Assembly: GCA_043753995.1 (NCBI GenBank)
Contig: JAYUVP010000191.1
Location: 1-19,307 of the forward strand
Source of the DNA: Fibrobacterota bacterium
GTDB taxonomy: Bacteria; Fibrobacterota; Fibrobacteria; UBA11236
Direction of reading: 5' to 3'
DNA length: 19,307 nucleotides
Both the position numbers and the translations under genes were made by a program. This document shows, piece after piece, positions 8,329 to 17,139 of the stretch. The stretch's first letter is position 1. Every line of letters starts with the position of its first letter. The notes beneath the pieces are model-generated. The model searched no databases. It had not been told where the DNA came from and saw only the letters and a program-made list of their open reading frames with translations.

Positions 8329-9879
8329 TTACCACGACGGTACGCTCAAGACGGTTTGCCCTGAACCCAGGCCCACCCGGCAAATCCAGGGCTTTTTTCC
8401 AATGGCGGACGAGGTGCCGGGCGGAAATCTTATTGGAAGATCCATGCTACCAGAGCCGAGGGCCGGTCGACGGATAACCAGGATGCGTCGCCCCTCGGAA
8501 TCGAAGATTTCCACGGAGAGAATGGCACTGCCGGAGGACTCCTCGGAATGTCGGGGGATTTCCACCCTGAGTAGGAGCTCCCTATCACCCGGAATGAAAG
8601 ATCGGAAAGCAGCGCGGAAGTGCTTTAATTCTGCGGTTCTGGACTTCCCAGACACGGGGACGGGGTTCTGGGTGTCAGGGAGATAGGTCACGTCATCGAG
8701 TTGGATGAAAAAAACCTGGCGGTGGGTGAGGTCGGGGGCGAGTAGGGAGACCTTATTGGCGCCCGGCTGCCAGCGATGGTATTCCTGCCAATAGACATAG
8801 GGGAAGATATAGTCGTCGTCCCCAGTTAAAGTAGTAGGCGACCAGGCAACCCCCTTGCGAGAGCGGTGGAGTTGGTTGGGCGTAGCCGGGTAGGTGCGCC
8901 ATAGGACTTCGGGAGCGCCCCCTGATGCGAGGTACAGAGAGGCATCGGCACCGGTTCCGCTGCTGATGAGTTCCCATGGGCTCCAGCTCACGGTCGTCCC
9001 CCGGGTCCGCGAAAGCACTATGGCCCGAGGCTCCGGGCTGATCTTCTGGCCGGTGACATAGACGGTGTCGTCACTTGCGGCTAATCGGCAATTCACCACC
9101 GACCAGGCTGCCGCGTTCTCAGGGGAGGACTCGGTCCAAGTTGCGCCACGGTTGTCCGAATAGGCAGACCGGAATCCCGGACTCGAGAAACCAACGAAGA
9201 CCCGACCGCCTTGAGAGGTGGTCACCGAGGGGCGCAGGTTTCCACCTCCCAGATCCGAAACCTTGTTGGCATCCCAGGTATTTCCGCCATCGGCGGAAAA
9301 AGCATAATAGGGCTTATTGGCCGATTCGTCGACGAAGGCGACGTGCAGGCCATTGACTCGATCGACATGCAGGAAGGGGCCTCCCGCCGCCGTGGTCTGC
9401 CAGGTCACGACAGATTGCACCAGATGGCGCGCCTCGAACTTGGCCCCGTCGATCGAGACCTTGTGGACGAGATTGGGCGCAGGCCCGTCATAAAAGACGA
9501 CGTGGATGTGATTATGTCCGTCAACGGCAATGGCGGCGCAGTCCCCTTCGCCCGTGGAGAGGGCGGTGTCGTTGATGGGGCCGAGATTCGCCCATTGCGC
9601 ATTCGCGGCCGTCCGCTTCCAGACATTGATTTCATTGCCTCCCCGCATCACCATGTAATAGTTACCCAAGGAATCGCGCGTGAGCGTACGGCCATTGTAG
9701 CTGAGAGGATGCACGCGGGAGGTCGACCAGGTGGTGATGGGTTCGGGGGCGGCGGTCGCCTGCCCAAAGGAGGCTAAAATCAACAGTGTCGCCAGGAATA
9801 AACCGGCGCCCTGAAGGCAGACACTCAAGCCAAAGGCGCGGTCGATGGAGGGTATAGCAAACAGAGTGGATTGCTGCAT
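8329..9879 (-). CDS. Secreted BNR/Asp-box (sialidase-like fold) beta-propeller protein with a C-terminal sorting-like domain
   Basis: ATG 9879 is preceded by AGAGGAGGT. Hydrophobic leader ending ATA-A. Repeated blades (IAVDGHNHIHVVF, LHVDRVNGLHVAF) and Asp-boxes SADGGNTW and SDNRGATW. The C-terminal domain contains VEIFDSEGRR. Its stop is 1 nt from the convergent cyclase stop. Confidence 0.8.
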   Translation of the reverse strand: MQQSTLFAIPSIDRAFGLSVCLQGAGLFLATLLILASFGQATAAPEPITTWSTSRVHPLSYNGRTLTRDSLGNYYMVMRGGNEINVWKRTAANAQWANLGPINDTALSTGEGDCAAIAVDGHNHIHVVFYDGPAPNLVHKVSIDGAKFEARHLVQSVVTWQTTAAGGPFLHVDRVNGLHVAFVDESANKPYYAFSADGGNTWDANKVSDLGGGNLRPSVTTSQGGRVFVGFSSPGFRSAYSDNRGATWTESSPENAAAWSVVNCRLAASDDTVYVTGQKISPEPRAIVLSRTRGTTVSWSPWELISSGTGADASLYLASGGAPEVLWRTYPATPNQLHRSRKGVAWSPTTLTGDDDYIFPYVYWQEYHRWQPGANKVSLLAPDLTHRQVFFIQLDDVTYLPDTQNPVPVSGKSRTAELKHFRAAFRSFIPGDRELLLRVEIPRHSEESSGSAILSVEIFDSEGRRILVIRRPALGSGSMDLPIRFPPGTSSAIGKKPWICRVGLGSGQTVLSVPSW

Positions 9880-9936
9880 TTTACCTCCTCTACGCTTCAA
9901 GGATGTGAGCCAGTTCGCGAATTCACTACGAATGGA

Positions 9937-10503
9937 TCAAAAACGGAGGGCCACCCCATTTGGATGTGCCACCAAGGTCAGGTTGAGCCGTCGTTTTTGC
10001 CGTGCCTGTTGGTTCATTTTGACGGTTGACTTAATGAAAAAGACGGTTGAAATCGCGGTTATCGGAATTCCAATGAGCAATCCCAAAACGTTGACTCCGA
10101 AGGATGTTTGAACCGTGCCAGGCGAATCTTGGGCTCGTCTTTCCGCCTCTTCCTGCGCTTCTATTTGAGTCATCACCGCTCCCACTAGGGTAATCACCCC
10201 TCCCACCACGATTCCAGCAATGGCCACTCCGCGACGCTGCCTATGGAAGGCAATGGAAGAATCCAGTGACTTTGCCAATACACGATTTTTCTCTAAATCC
10301 ACATTGGCTTGATTGGAAGGCTGAAGGGCGGAATCCAGAGGCGCCCCAGAAACTTGAGCGGCGGCGGCAGCTTCGGTACCCGCCCCCTTGGCGGAATCCA
10401 CGCTCACCGTTGTATCCGCGGTACGGGTGGTATCTTGTCCGGTTTGGCCCGACGCCCATCCAACACTTAAGAATAGCACAATCATCACGAATCGAATATT
10501 CAC
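9937..10503 (-). CDS. Hypothetical exported/membrane protein
   Basis: AAGGAG lies 7 nt before GTG 10503 (TTG 10506 is an alternative). Signal peptide, Thr/Ala-rich linker, two Gly-rich hydrophobic segments, and a C-terminus of ...NGVALRF. Confidence 0.75.
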   Translation of the reverse strand: MNIRFVMIVLFLSVGWASGQTGQDTTRTADTTVSVDSAKGAGTEAAAAAQVSGAPLDSALQPSNQANVDLEKNRVLAKSLDSSIAFHRQRRGVAIAGIVVGGVITLVGAVMTQIEAQEEAERRAQDSPGTVQTSFGVNVLGLLIGIPITAISTVFFIKSTVKMNQQARQKRRLNLTLVAHPNGVALRF

Positions 10504-10581
10504 CAATCATCTCCTTGGTTGCAATAATTGGGCATAGATAAATCAAAGACATCCCGTCATCAATATCTCGCGTATGCCAAC

Positions 10582-10611
10582 AAAAAAAATGGGCCCCGAA
10601 AGGCCCATTTT
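10582..10611 (-). terminator. Intrinsic terminator of the PEP-CTERM gene
   Basis: Perfect stem AAAATGGGCC-CCGAAA-GGCCCATTTT (10586-10611) ending in a T8 run on the minus strand, about 25 nt after the stop at 10636. Confidence 0.85.
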
Positions 10612-10635
10612 AATCTCATTTCGGAAATGAAAAAC

Positions 10636-11163
10636 TTAGACCTTCTTTTTTTTGCGGAACCCAACAGCAAGGCCCGTTAAACCGAGACCGAAAAGCGCCA
10701 AGGTGCCGGGTTCGGGAACGGCTTCAGTGCGTTCAACGGAATAGGTGAGGTCGCTGTAGTAAATATCGCCACCGCCATTGTAATCGCGAATAACCTTCAG
10801 ATCATTACGAGCGAAAAATCCTTGATTGAAGGAATTCTTGATATCGGCAATCGTCGTGACATAGCCAGAAATGTTCTGGTCAACAAAAACACCGGTAGTC
10901 GTGTTGTATTCCAAGGAATGCCAAACCGTCGAACTGCCCGATTGAACGAAAGCCAAATCGTAAGTGTTCGTGGTGAGGGTATGAAATGAGAGCGAAAAAG
11001 CGCTCAAATCATTGAAGTCAATGGTCGTGCCATCAAGACCCGAGTCATAGGTTAGGAATCCGGAGGCAGCGGAGCCGAATTCGAAATTCACGGTAACGGG
11101 AGACGCGCTGATGCCGCTGACGAACATGGCGATTGCGGCTGCGGTCAACTTCAGTGTATTCAT
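10636..11163 (-). CDS. PEP-CTERM sorting domain-containing surface protein
   Basis: Signal peptide and a Ser/Thr/Asn-rich body. Canonical C-terminus VPEPGTLALFGLGLTGLAVGFRKKKKV (PEP motif, TM helix, basic tail). RBS AAGGGAG. Confidence 0.95.
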   Translation of the reverse strand: MNTLKLTAAAIAMFVSGISASPVTVNFEFGSAASGFLTYDSGLDGTTIDFNDLSAFSLSFHTLTTNTYDLAFVQSGSSTVWHSLEYNTTTGVFVDQNISGYVTTIADIKNSFNQGFFARNDLKVIRDYNGGGDIYYSDLTYSVERTEAVPEPGTLALFGLGLTGLAVGFRKKKKV

Positions 11164-11234
11164 TTATAACTCCCTTGTTAGTCATCCCAAAAACCAAATC
11201 TTGAATTGAATCTGGCCTCTGTGGGTAACTTGAA

Positions 11235-11251
11235 AGCAAGAGTAGAGCCAA
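11235..11251 (-). promoter_or_regulatory. Sigma54 (-24/-12) promoter of the PEP-CTERM gene
   Basis: Minus strand TTGGC-TCTACTC-TTGCT: GG and GC are separated by exactly 10 nt, about 70 nt upstream of the start codon. Confidence 0.65.
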
Positions 11252-11358
11252 AGCGATTGCAGCGAATTTACACGAATTTAGCCATCCGTATTGAACTGAC
11301 TGTCAAGTTTACCGTCGTCAAACCTTTTTTTATTACGCTAATTTCAAATACGGTAGAC

Positions 11359-11386
11359 AAAAAAAAGAACCCGTTTCCAGGTTCCC
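11359..11386 (-). terminator. Probable intrinsic terminator after the Cys-motif gene
   Basis: Minus strand GGGAACC-TGGAAACG-GGTTC followed by T8, about 50 nt after the stop at 11437. Confidence 0.6.
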
Positions 11387-11436
11387 GTTTCTTTGCTGAA
11401 AATGCAAACACCACCCAAATTGGATGGGAGGCATGC

Positions 11437-11886
11437 CTACATGGCGCAGCCACCCATTCCTTTGCAATCGTTATGGCCTTTACATTCATGCGCCTTACCG
11501 GCCACTTTTTCCGTAGGTATTCCCTTTTTCTTGGCCATCGCATCGAGACTGGCTTGAGTTGCTTTACAACCGCCCTGCCCCTTGCATTCGTTCAAGCCTT
11601 TGCAGGAATGCTTTCCGGCAGCCACAGGAGCCGCGGTTTTGGCCGCAGTCGAGTCTACTTTGACGGATTGAGCTGAGGCCTCAATCGCAGCGGGTTTTGA
11701 TGTCACAGCGTGAGCCGAGTCCACCTTCTTCGCGTGCTTTTTATCATGCTTCTTCGCAGGCTTTGCGCTATCCGAGGTTGCGGCAGGAGCTGCAGCAGCC
11801 TTGATCTCTTCAGCTTGCGCGGATATCGCAACAAGTCCCGAAGCGAGTCCAGCTATAGCCAATTGAGTGAGCAGATTCTTTTTCAT
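11437..11886 (-). CDS. Secreted Cys-motif protein with two HxCKGxNxCKGxGGC repeats; bufferin (BufA2)-like RiPP precursor or metal-binding protein
   Basis: GGAGG RBS, a signal peptide ending AQA, and an Ala/Lys/His-rich linker. Repeats HSCKGLNECKGQGGC (11610-11566) and HECKGHNDCKGMGGC (11490-11446). The ORF is solid; the family assignment is by recalled motif resemblance. Confidence 0.75.
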   Translation of the reverse strand: MKKNLLTQLAIAGLASGLVAISAQAEEIKAAAAPAATSDSAKPAKKHDKKHAKKVDSAHAVTSKPAAIEASAQSVKVDSTAAKTAAPVAAGKHSCKGLNECKGQGGCKATQASLDAMAKKKGIPTEKVAGKAHECKGHNDCKGMGGCAM

Positions 11887-11916
11887 GAGGCCTCCGTGAA
11901 TTATGGAATGAGGAAA

Positions 11917-12237
11917 TTACTTAGCGGCAGGGGCGGCAGCGGGAGCTGCAGGAGCAGCAGCTGCAGGGGCGGCAGGGGCGGCAGGGGCGGCAGGGGCGGC
12001 AGGGGCGGCAGGGGCGGCGGCGGCAGCCTTCTTCACCTTCTTGCTCTTCTTCTTGGCCTTGGTCGTATCGGCAGGAGCGGCAGCAGCATCAGCGGTAGGT
12101 GCGGCGGCAACGGGAGCAGCAGCCACAGGAGCGGCAGCAGCGGCGGGAGCGGCAGCAGCAGCAGGAGCCTTGGCCTCTTCGGCTCCGACAATCATGGCGC
12201 CAACGAGCAAGGTGGTGGCAATAATCTTGATATTCAT
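11917..12237 (-). CDS. Small secreted Ala/Pro/Lys-rich low-complexity protein
   Basis: RBS-like AAAGGGA, signal peptide MNIKIIATTLLVGAMIVGA, and AAP repeats flanking KAKKKSKKVKK. It ends 30 nt upstream of the next gene. Confidence 0.8.
   Translation of the reverse strand: MNIKIIATTLLVGAMIVGAEEAKAPAAAAAPAAAAAPVAAAPVAAAPTADAAAAPADTTKAKKKSKKVKKAAAAAPAAPAAPAAPAAPAAPAAAAPAAPAAAPAAK
11963..12016. repeat. Perfect 9-bp tandem repeat, (GCAGGGGCG) x6, coding Ala-Pro-Ala units
   Basis: Six exact copies read directly from the sequence, in frame within the 11917..12237 gene. Confidence 0.95.
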
Positions 12238-12332
12238 GGTATTCCCTTTGCCTTTGGTAGCTAAGGACCGTCCCCAGCTACACCAAAAGGCGGGGGAAAG
12301 CTAAATCGCCCTTGTTTTTTTGGTAAGACTTG

Positions 12333-15300
12333 TCAAGGTGAATATCCCAAATTAGGTGCCAGCCAACGTTCGGACTCCGCCAAAGAAAGGTCTTTCCGTC
12401 GGCTATACTCCTCCACCTGATCGCGGCCGAGTTTTCCGACACCGAAATAACGCGAGGCCGGATGGGCGAAATAAAGCCCGCTGACTGCCGCGGCTGGCCA
12501 CATCGCAAAGCTTTCAGTCAACTTCAGGGTAATATGCTCCTCGACTCCGAGTTGGCGGAAAAGCAATCCCTTTTCCGTATGATCTGGACATGCTGGATAT
12601 CCAGGAGCTGGGCGTATACCGTGATACTTTTCGCGAATCAAATCGCTTTTTGCCAATTGCTCGTCGGCGGCATGCCCCCAAAATTCTTTGCGCACTCGCT
12701 CGTGGAGGCGCTCAGCCAAGGCCTCGGCCAGCCTATCCGCGAGGGCTTTGGCCATAATGGCATTGTAATCGTCATTGGCTTTCTCATACCGGGCAACTAT
12801 TGGATCCAGGCCAACACCCGCGGTGACCGCGAATCCGCCAACATAATCGGCGATGCCGCTTTCCTTGGTTGCAATAAAATCACTGAGGGCGAGGTAAGCG
12901 CCATCCCCTTCCTTTTCGACTTGCTGGCGCAAGGTGTGAAAAGTGGCCACGACCTGCTTACGCGTTTCGTCGGCATAGATTTCAATGTCATCGCCGACCG
13001 CATTCGCGGGGAAAATTCCAAATACCGCTTGCGCCTTGAGTTCGCCTCCCGCGACGATTTCCTGGAGCATGTGTTTCGCATCGGCGAATAGTTTACGCGC
13101 TTCTTCGCCCACCTTCGCATCTTCCAGGATTTTCGGATACATGCCATGCAATTCCCAGGTTTGGAAAAAGGGCGACCAGTCGATATAGTCGACAAGCTCT
13201 TGCAGGGGATAATCCGCAAAGACTTTAACTCCAATGTTTTTGGGCTTGGTGACGCGACCGCTTTTCGCCTCCTCCACCCAATTGAGACGCAATCCCTTAG
13301 CGCGCGCGTCGGCAAGAGGCAAGAGGCGGCGATCGTTTTGGCGGCTGAGATATTCCTCACGCACGGCATCATAGCGTTTCCGAATCCCTTGCACGAAATC
13401 CGGCTTCTGTTCCTTAGACAAAAGACTTGACACCGTGGGCACGCTGCGGGATGCATCAAGCACATGCACCACGGGATGCTTATAAGCGGGAGCGATTTTG
13501 ACGGCGGTATGAGCCACGGAAGTGGTGGCCCCTCCGATGAGCAATGGGATGGTGAAACCCTGGCGCTGCATTTCCTGGGCCACATAAACCATTTCATCGA
13601 GCGAAGGCGTAATGAGTCCCGAAAGGCCGATGACATCGACTTTCTCTTCACGGGCCCTTTGTAATATGGTTTCGCAATTCACCATCACGCCCAAATCGAT
13701 GACTTGATAATTATTGCAAGCCATCACCACGCCTACGATATTTTTTCCGATATCGTGCACGTCACCCTTCACCGTGGCCATGAGCACCTTGCCCACGGGA
13801 CCTTGATTGGGATTCAGCAATTTGCGCGCTTCGATATAAGGCGTGAGCACGGCCACCGCTTTTTTCATGACGCGCGCGCTTTTCACCACTTGCGGCAAGA
13901 ACATTTGCCCCGAGCCAAAAAGATCGCCGACCACATTCATGCCATTCATGAGCGGGCCTTCGATAATCTCGATGGGGTTCTCGTATTTTTGGCGGGCTTC
14001 TTCGACGTCGACATCGATATAGTCGGTGATGCCTTTCACCAAGGCATGGGAAAGCCTTTGTTCGACGCTTTCCTTGCGCCAAAGACCTTCTTCCTGCTTG
14101 CTGCTCCCGCCCTTGCTGCCCTTGAGGGTTTCGGCATGATTCACGAGTCGCTCGGTGGCGTCGGCACGACGATTGAGAAGCACGTCCTCAACCATTTCCC
14201 GCAAATTCGGTTCGACGGCTTCGTAAATCTGAATCAGGCCAGCATTGACTATGCCCATATCCAAACCGGCGCGAATGGCATGGAATAGAAAGCAGGTATG
14301 CATGGCTTCGCGCACGGGATTATTGCCGCGAAAGCTAAAGCTGATATTACTAATGCCGCCGCTAATCTTGGCGCCGGGCAAATTCGTTTTGATCCAGCGT
14401 ACGGTTTCAATGAAGTCTTTGCCATAATTGGCATGCTCTTCTATGCCAGTCGCTACGGTGAGCACATTGGGATCGAAAATGATGTCTTGGGGCGGGAAAC
14501 CGACCTTGTCGACCAGGATGCGATAACTCCTCTCGCAAATGGCGATGCGGCGTTCATAGCTGTCGGCCTGTCCCTTTTCGTCGAATGCCATGACCACCAC
14601 GGCGGCTCCATAGCGTCGCACTCGATCGGCGCGGTGAATGAAGGCATCCTCACCTTCTTTAAGCGAAATCGAATTGACCACGCCCTTGCCTTGAATATTT
14701 TGCAAGCCCTTTTCGAGCACCGACCATTTGGAGGAGTCGATCATGATGGGACGCGCGGCAATATCCGGCTCGCCGGCGACTAAGCGCAAAAACTTCTCCA
14801 TGGCCGCTTCGGAGTCGAGCATGCCTTCATCCATGTTCACGTCGAAAATTTGCGCGCCGCTATCGACTTGCTGCCGGGCTATGCTCACGCCCTGCTCGTA
14901 ATCGCCAGCAAGAATGGCTTTGGAGAATTTGGGACTACCGGTGATATTGGTGCGCTCGCCCACATTCACGAAATTGGTTTCGGGGCGAATGATCATGGGC
15001 TCTAGGCCCGAGAGCTGGGTAAATTGCGGTACCAGGGGCATGGCGCGCGGAGGGTATTTGGCCACGGCAGTAGCAATGGCTCGAATATGATCGGGCGTGG
15101 TGCCGCAACATCCGCCGACAATATTGAGTAACCCGCTACTAGCGAATTCGTCTAGCAATCCTGCCATATAATCCGCCGAGTGATCGTAGCCACCGAAAGC
15201 ATTGGGCAAGCCAGCATTGGGATGACAGGAAATCGGCACCGGTGCCATTTGCGCGAGTTGCGCGACATAGGGGCGCATGAGCTCAGCCCCGAGGGCGCAA

Positions 15301-16055
15301 TTCACGCCCACGCTGAGAAGCTTGGCATGGCTGATGGAAATCCAAAAAGCCTCGACCGTTTGCCCCGACAAGGTGCGGCCCGACATGTCGACGATGGTGA
15401 CGGATACCATGATGGGCACGCGCATTTTACGCTCAGCAAAGACATTCTCGACCGCGAATAAGGCGGCCTTGCAATTCAAGGTGTCGATAAAGGTTTCGAG
15501 CAATAGGGCATCCACCCCGCCATCGAGCAAACCTCGGGCTTGCTCCTCAAAAGCAGCCACCAATTCATCCCAGGACACAGCGCGAAAGCCCGGATCATTG
15601 ACATCGGGTGACATCGACAAAGTCCGCGTCGAGGGGCCGATGGAACCCGTGACAAAACGGGGCTTGTCCGGCGTCTTTTGCGTCATGGCCACGGCTTCTC
15701 GCTTCGCCAGGGCTGCGCCCGCCTTATTGATTTCATAAACCAAATCACTCATGCCATAATCCGCCATGGAAATGGCATTGGCATTGAAGGTATTGGTCTC
15801 CAAAATATCGGCGCCGGCTTCAAGATAAGCGCGGTGTATGCCGCCAATGATTTCAGGCTGGGTGATAACAAGCAAATCATTATTGCCCTTTAAGTCATGA
15901 GGCCAATCCTTGAATCGATCGCCACGATAATCAGCATCTTGCAACTTATGCCGCTGTATCATGGTTCCCATGGCCCCATCCAGAATCAAAATGCGCTTCT
16001 GGATTTCAGCTTCAATCGGTGCCAAATTCGCTTGCTTCATACTATTCTCGCTCAT
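12333..16055 (-). CDS. metH: Cobalamin-dependent methionine synthase
   Basis: 1240 aa with all modules: Hcy-binding (LDGAMGT, NCALG, GGCCGT), pterin-binding (VGERTN, DVNMDEG), B12-binding ([27 protein letters not shown]) and activation domain ([14 protein letters not shown]). Confidence 0.99.
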   Translation of the reverse strand: MSENSMKQANLAPIEAEIQKRILILDGAMGTMIQRHKLQDADYRGDRFKDWPHDLKGNNDLLVITQPEIIGGIHRAYLEAGADILETNTFNANAISMADYGMSDLVYEINKAGAALAKREAVAMTQKTPDKPRFVTGSIGPSTRTLSMSPDVNDPGFRAVSWDELVAAFEEQARGLLDGGVDALLLETFIDTLNCKAALFAVENVFAERKMRVPIMVSVTIVDMSGRTLSGQTVEAFWISISHAKLLSVGVNCALGAELMRPYVAQLAQMAPVPISCHPNAGLPNAFGGYDHSADYMAGLLDEFASSGLLNIVGGCCGTTPDHIRAIATAVAKYPPRAMPLVPQFTQLSGLEPMIIRPETNFVNVGERTNITGSPKFSKAILAGDYEQGVSIARQQVDSGAQIFDVNMDEGMLDSEAAMEKFLRLVAGEPDIAARPIMIDSSKWSVLEKGLQNIQGKGVVNSISLKEGEDAFIHRADRVRRYGAAVVVMAFDEKGQADSYERRIAICERSYRILVDKVGFPPQDIIFDPNVLTVATGIEEHANYGKDFIETVRWIKTNLPGAKISGGISNISFSFRGNNPVREAMHTCFLFHAIRAGLDMGIVNAGLIQIYEAVEPNLREMVEDVLLNRRADATERLVNHAETLKGSKGGSSKQEEGLWRKESVEQRLSHALVKGITDYIDVDVEEARQKYENPIEIIEGPLMNGMNVVGDLFGSGQMFLPQVVKSARVMKKAVAVLTPYIEARKLLNPNQGPVGKVLMATVKGDVHDIGKNIVGVVMACNNYQVIDLGVMVNCETILQRAREEKVDVIGLSGLITPSLDEMVYVAQEMQRQGFTIPLLIGGATTSVAHTAVKIAPAYKHPVVHVLDASRSVPTVSSLLSKEQKPDFVQGIRKRYDAVREEYLSRQNDRRLLPLADARAKGLRLNWVEEAKSGRVTKPKNIGVKVFADYPLQELVDYIDWSPFFQTWELHGMYPKILEDAKVGEEARKLFADAKHMLQEIVAGGELKAQAVFGIFPANAVGDDIEIYADETRKQVVATFHTLRQQVEKEGDGAYLALSDFIATKESGIADYVGGFAVTAGVGLDPIVARYEKANDDYNAIMAKALADRLAEALAERLHERVRKEFWGHAADEQLAKSDLIREKYHGIRPAPGYPACPDHTEKGLLFRQLGVEEHITLKLTESFAMWPAAAVSGLYFAHPASRYFGVGKLGRDQVEEYSRRKDLSLAESERWLAPNLGYSP

Positions 16056-16108
16056 GTTGACTTGTCGTACCCGGTTTTACCCAAAACTCATTTTTCACTT
16101 ATCCACTT

Positions 16109-17101
16109 TTAACTTGGAACTTTTCCCTTTTGACTTGATCCCCCTTTTTCCGCCAAGAGCATCAAGCCTTCCATTTCAGGATAGTCCCGGCTCGCCGAAG
16201 TGATTTCGGCATGGGTGCATTGCAAGCCCGCCTGCTCGACCCATTCGCGTAGGGCAGCTTCGGTGAATCCCAGCCAGAAGTCGCCAAATTTGGCGCGCAT
16301 CCACTCTTGATCGTGGGCAAGCAAATCGAGAACCAATAGGCGACCGCCCGGTGCCAAAAGTCGAGCGGCTTCCTTCACCGCATATTCGGGCTTGGCGGCA
16401 TGATGTAAAGATTGGGAAAGCAAGGCCAAGCTGAACTGCCCGTCGGGCAAACCGGTTGCTTCCATCGAGGCATGTAAAAACGAAGGCCGCGATTTCATCC
16501 CCGCAGCATTCGCCGTCGCTAACTTGATTTGTTCTTCGCTATCGTCCAACCCGGTGACTTCATTACCGCCCTCGGCCAGCAAAATGGCTAGGCGACCATT
16601 GCCGCAGCCTAAATCCACGATGCGTTCCCCGCGCAAGAGCCGCGCAATTCCTAAAGCCAATGCCTTCCAGGTTTGTCCAGGCGAAGGCATGTTCTGAACA
16701 GCCTGTGAATTGAAAAAGGCTCGCGAGGTTTCGGCTCGGCCTTCGAGCACTTTCCGGAGACTCCGCAAATCACGCTCCAGCCACTTCGCCGCTCCTAAAT
16801 GCGCCAGGGCTTGATCGATTAGGGTACGACGCGGTAAGTCGTGCAAGGCATCGGGTATGCGATAAAAAACTTTTTGGCCCTCTTTGCGACTTGACACCAT
16901 GCCCGCATCCTTGAGTGCGCCTAATTGAGTCGAAAGTGTGCTTTGTCCGGCTCCAAGGATTTTTTGCAATTCACCGACAGCCAATTCGCTTTCACGCAAG
17001 AGTGCCAAAATTCTCAGCCGCGTTTCGTCGGAAAGCAATTTGTAAATGGTGGTCAGCTCGGCCACCGGCAAAACAGCTTCTTGAGGCGAAAAAGGCTCCA
17101 T
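16109..17101 (-). CDS. sahR: ArsR-family HTH fused to a class I SAM-dependent methyltransferase-like domain (SahR-like SAM-cycle regulator)
   Basis: N-terminal LSDETRLRILALL...SRKEGQKVFY, then IVDLGCGNG and LSQSLHHA. It sits 53 nt upstream of metH on the same strand and has a palindromic operator at its start. Confidence 0.8.
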   Translation of the reverse strand: MEPFSPQEAVLPVAELTTIYKLLSDETRLRILALLRESELAVGELQKILGAGQSTLSTQLGALKDAGMVSSRKEGQKVFYRIPDALHDLPRRTLIDQALAHLGAAKWLERDLRSLRKVLEGRAETSRAFFNSQAVQNMPSPGQTWKALALGIARLLRGERIVDLGCGNGRLAILLAEGGNEVTGLDDSEEQIKLATANAAGMKSRPSFLHASMEATGLPDGQFSLALLSQSLHHAAKPEYAVKEAARLLAPGGRLLVLDLLAHDQEWMRAKFGDFWLGFTEAALREWVEQAGLQCTHAEITSASRDYPEMEGLMLLAEKGGSSQKGKVPS

Positions 17102-17109
17102 GACCTAAT

Positions 17110-17139
17110 TATATCAATATATCGCGATAGATTGATATA
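17110..17139. promoter_or_regulatory. 30-bp palindromic operator, candidate SahR binding site(s)
   Basis: TATATCAATATATCGCGATAGATTGATATA has 14 of 15 complementary pairs and lies 8 nt upstream of ATG 17101. Confidence 0.8.

Noticed and set aside
11437..11439. Selenocysteine read-through of the Cys-motif peptide
   Set aside because: The stop is TAG, not TGA, and both repeats are already complete.
11963..12016. Tandem repeat as a CRISPR array
   Set aside because: 9-bp units with no spacers, inside a coding frame, and no cas genes.
11710..12264. 184-aa Gly/Arg-rich ORF with RGG repeats on +
   Set aside because: Antisense read of the Ala/Pro repeat gene, which has an RBS and a signal peptide.
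12331..12336. Perfect TTGACA overlapping the metH stop codon as a promoter for the downstream genes
   Set aside because: No -10-like hexamer at 16-18 nt spacing.
12278..16203. Many 60-284 aa ORFs overlapping metH
   Set aside because: Shadow or alternate frames of an unambiguous full-length metH, with no recognisable motifs.
6774..17101. Functional link between the CqsS-like cyclase and the SAM-cycle genes (CqsA uses SAM)
   Set aside because: They are 4 kb apart, on opposite strands, with terminators and unrelated genes between and no synthase present, so proximity alone is not evidence.
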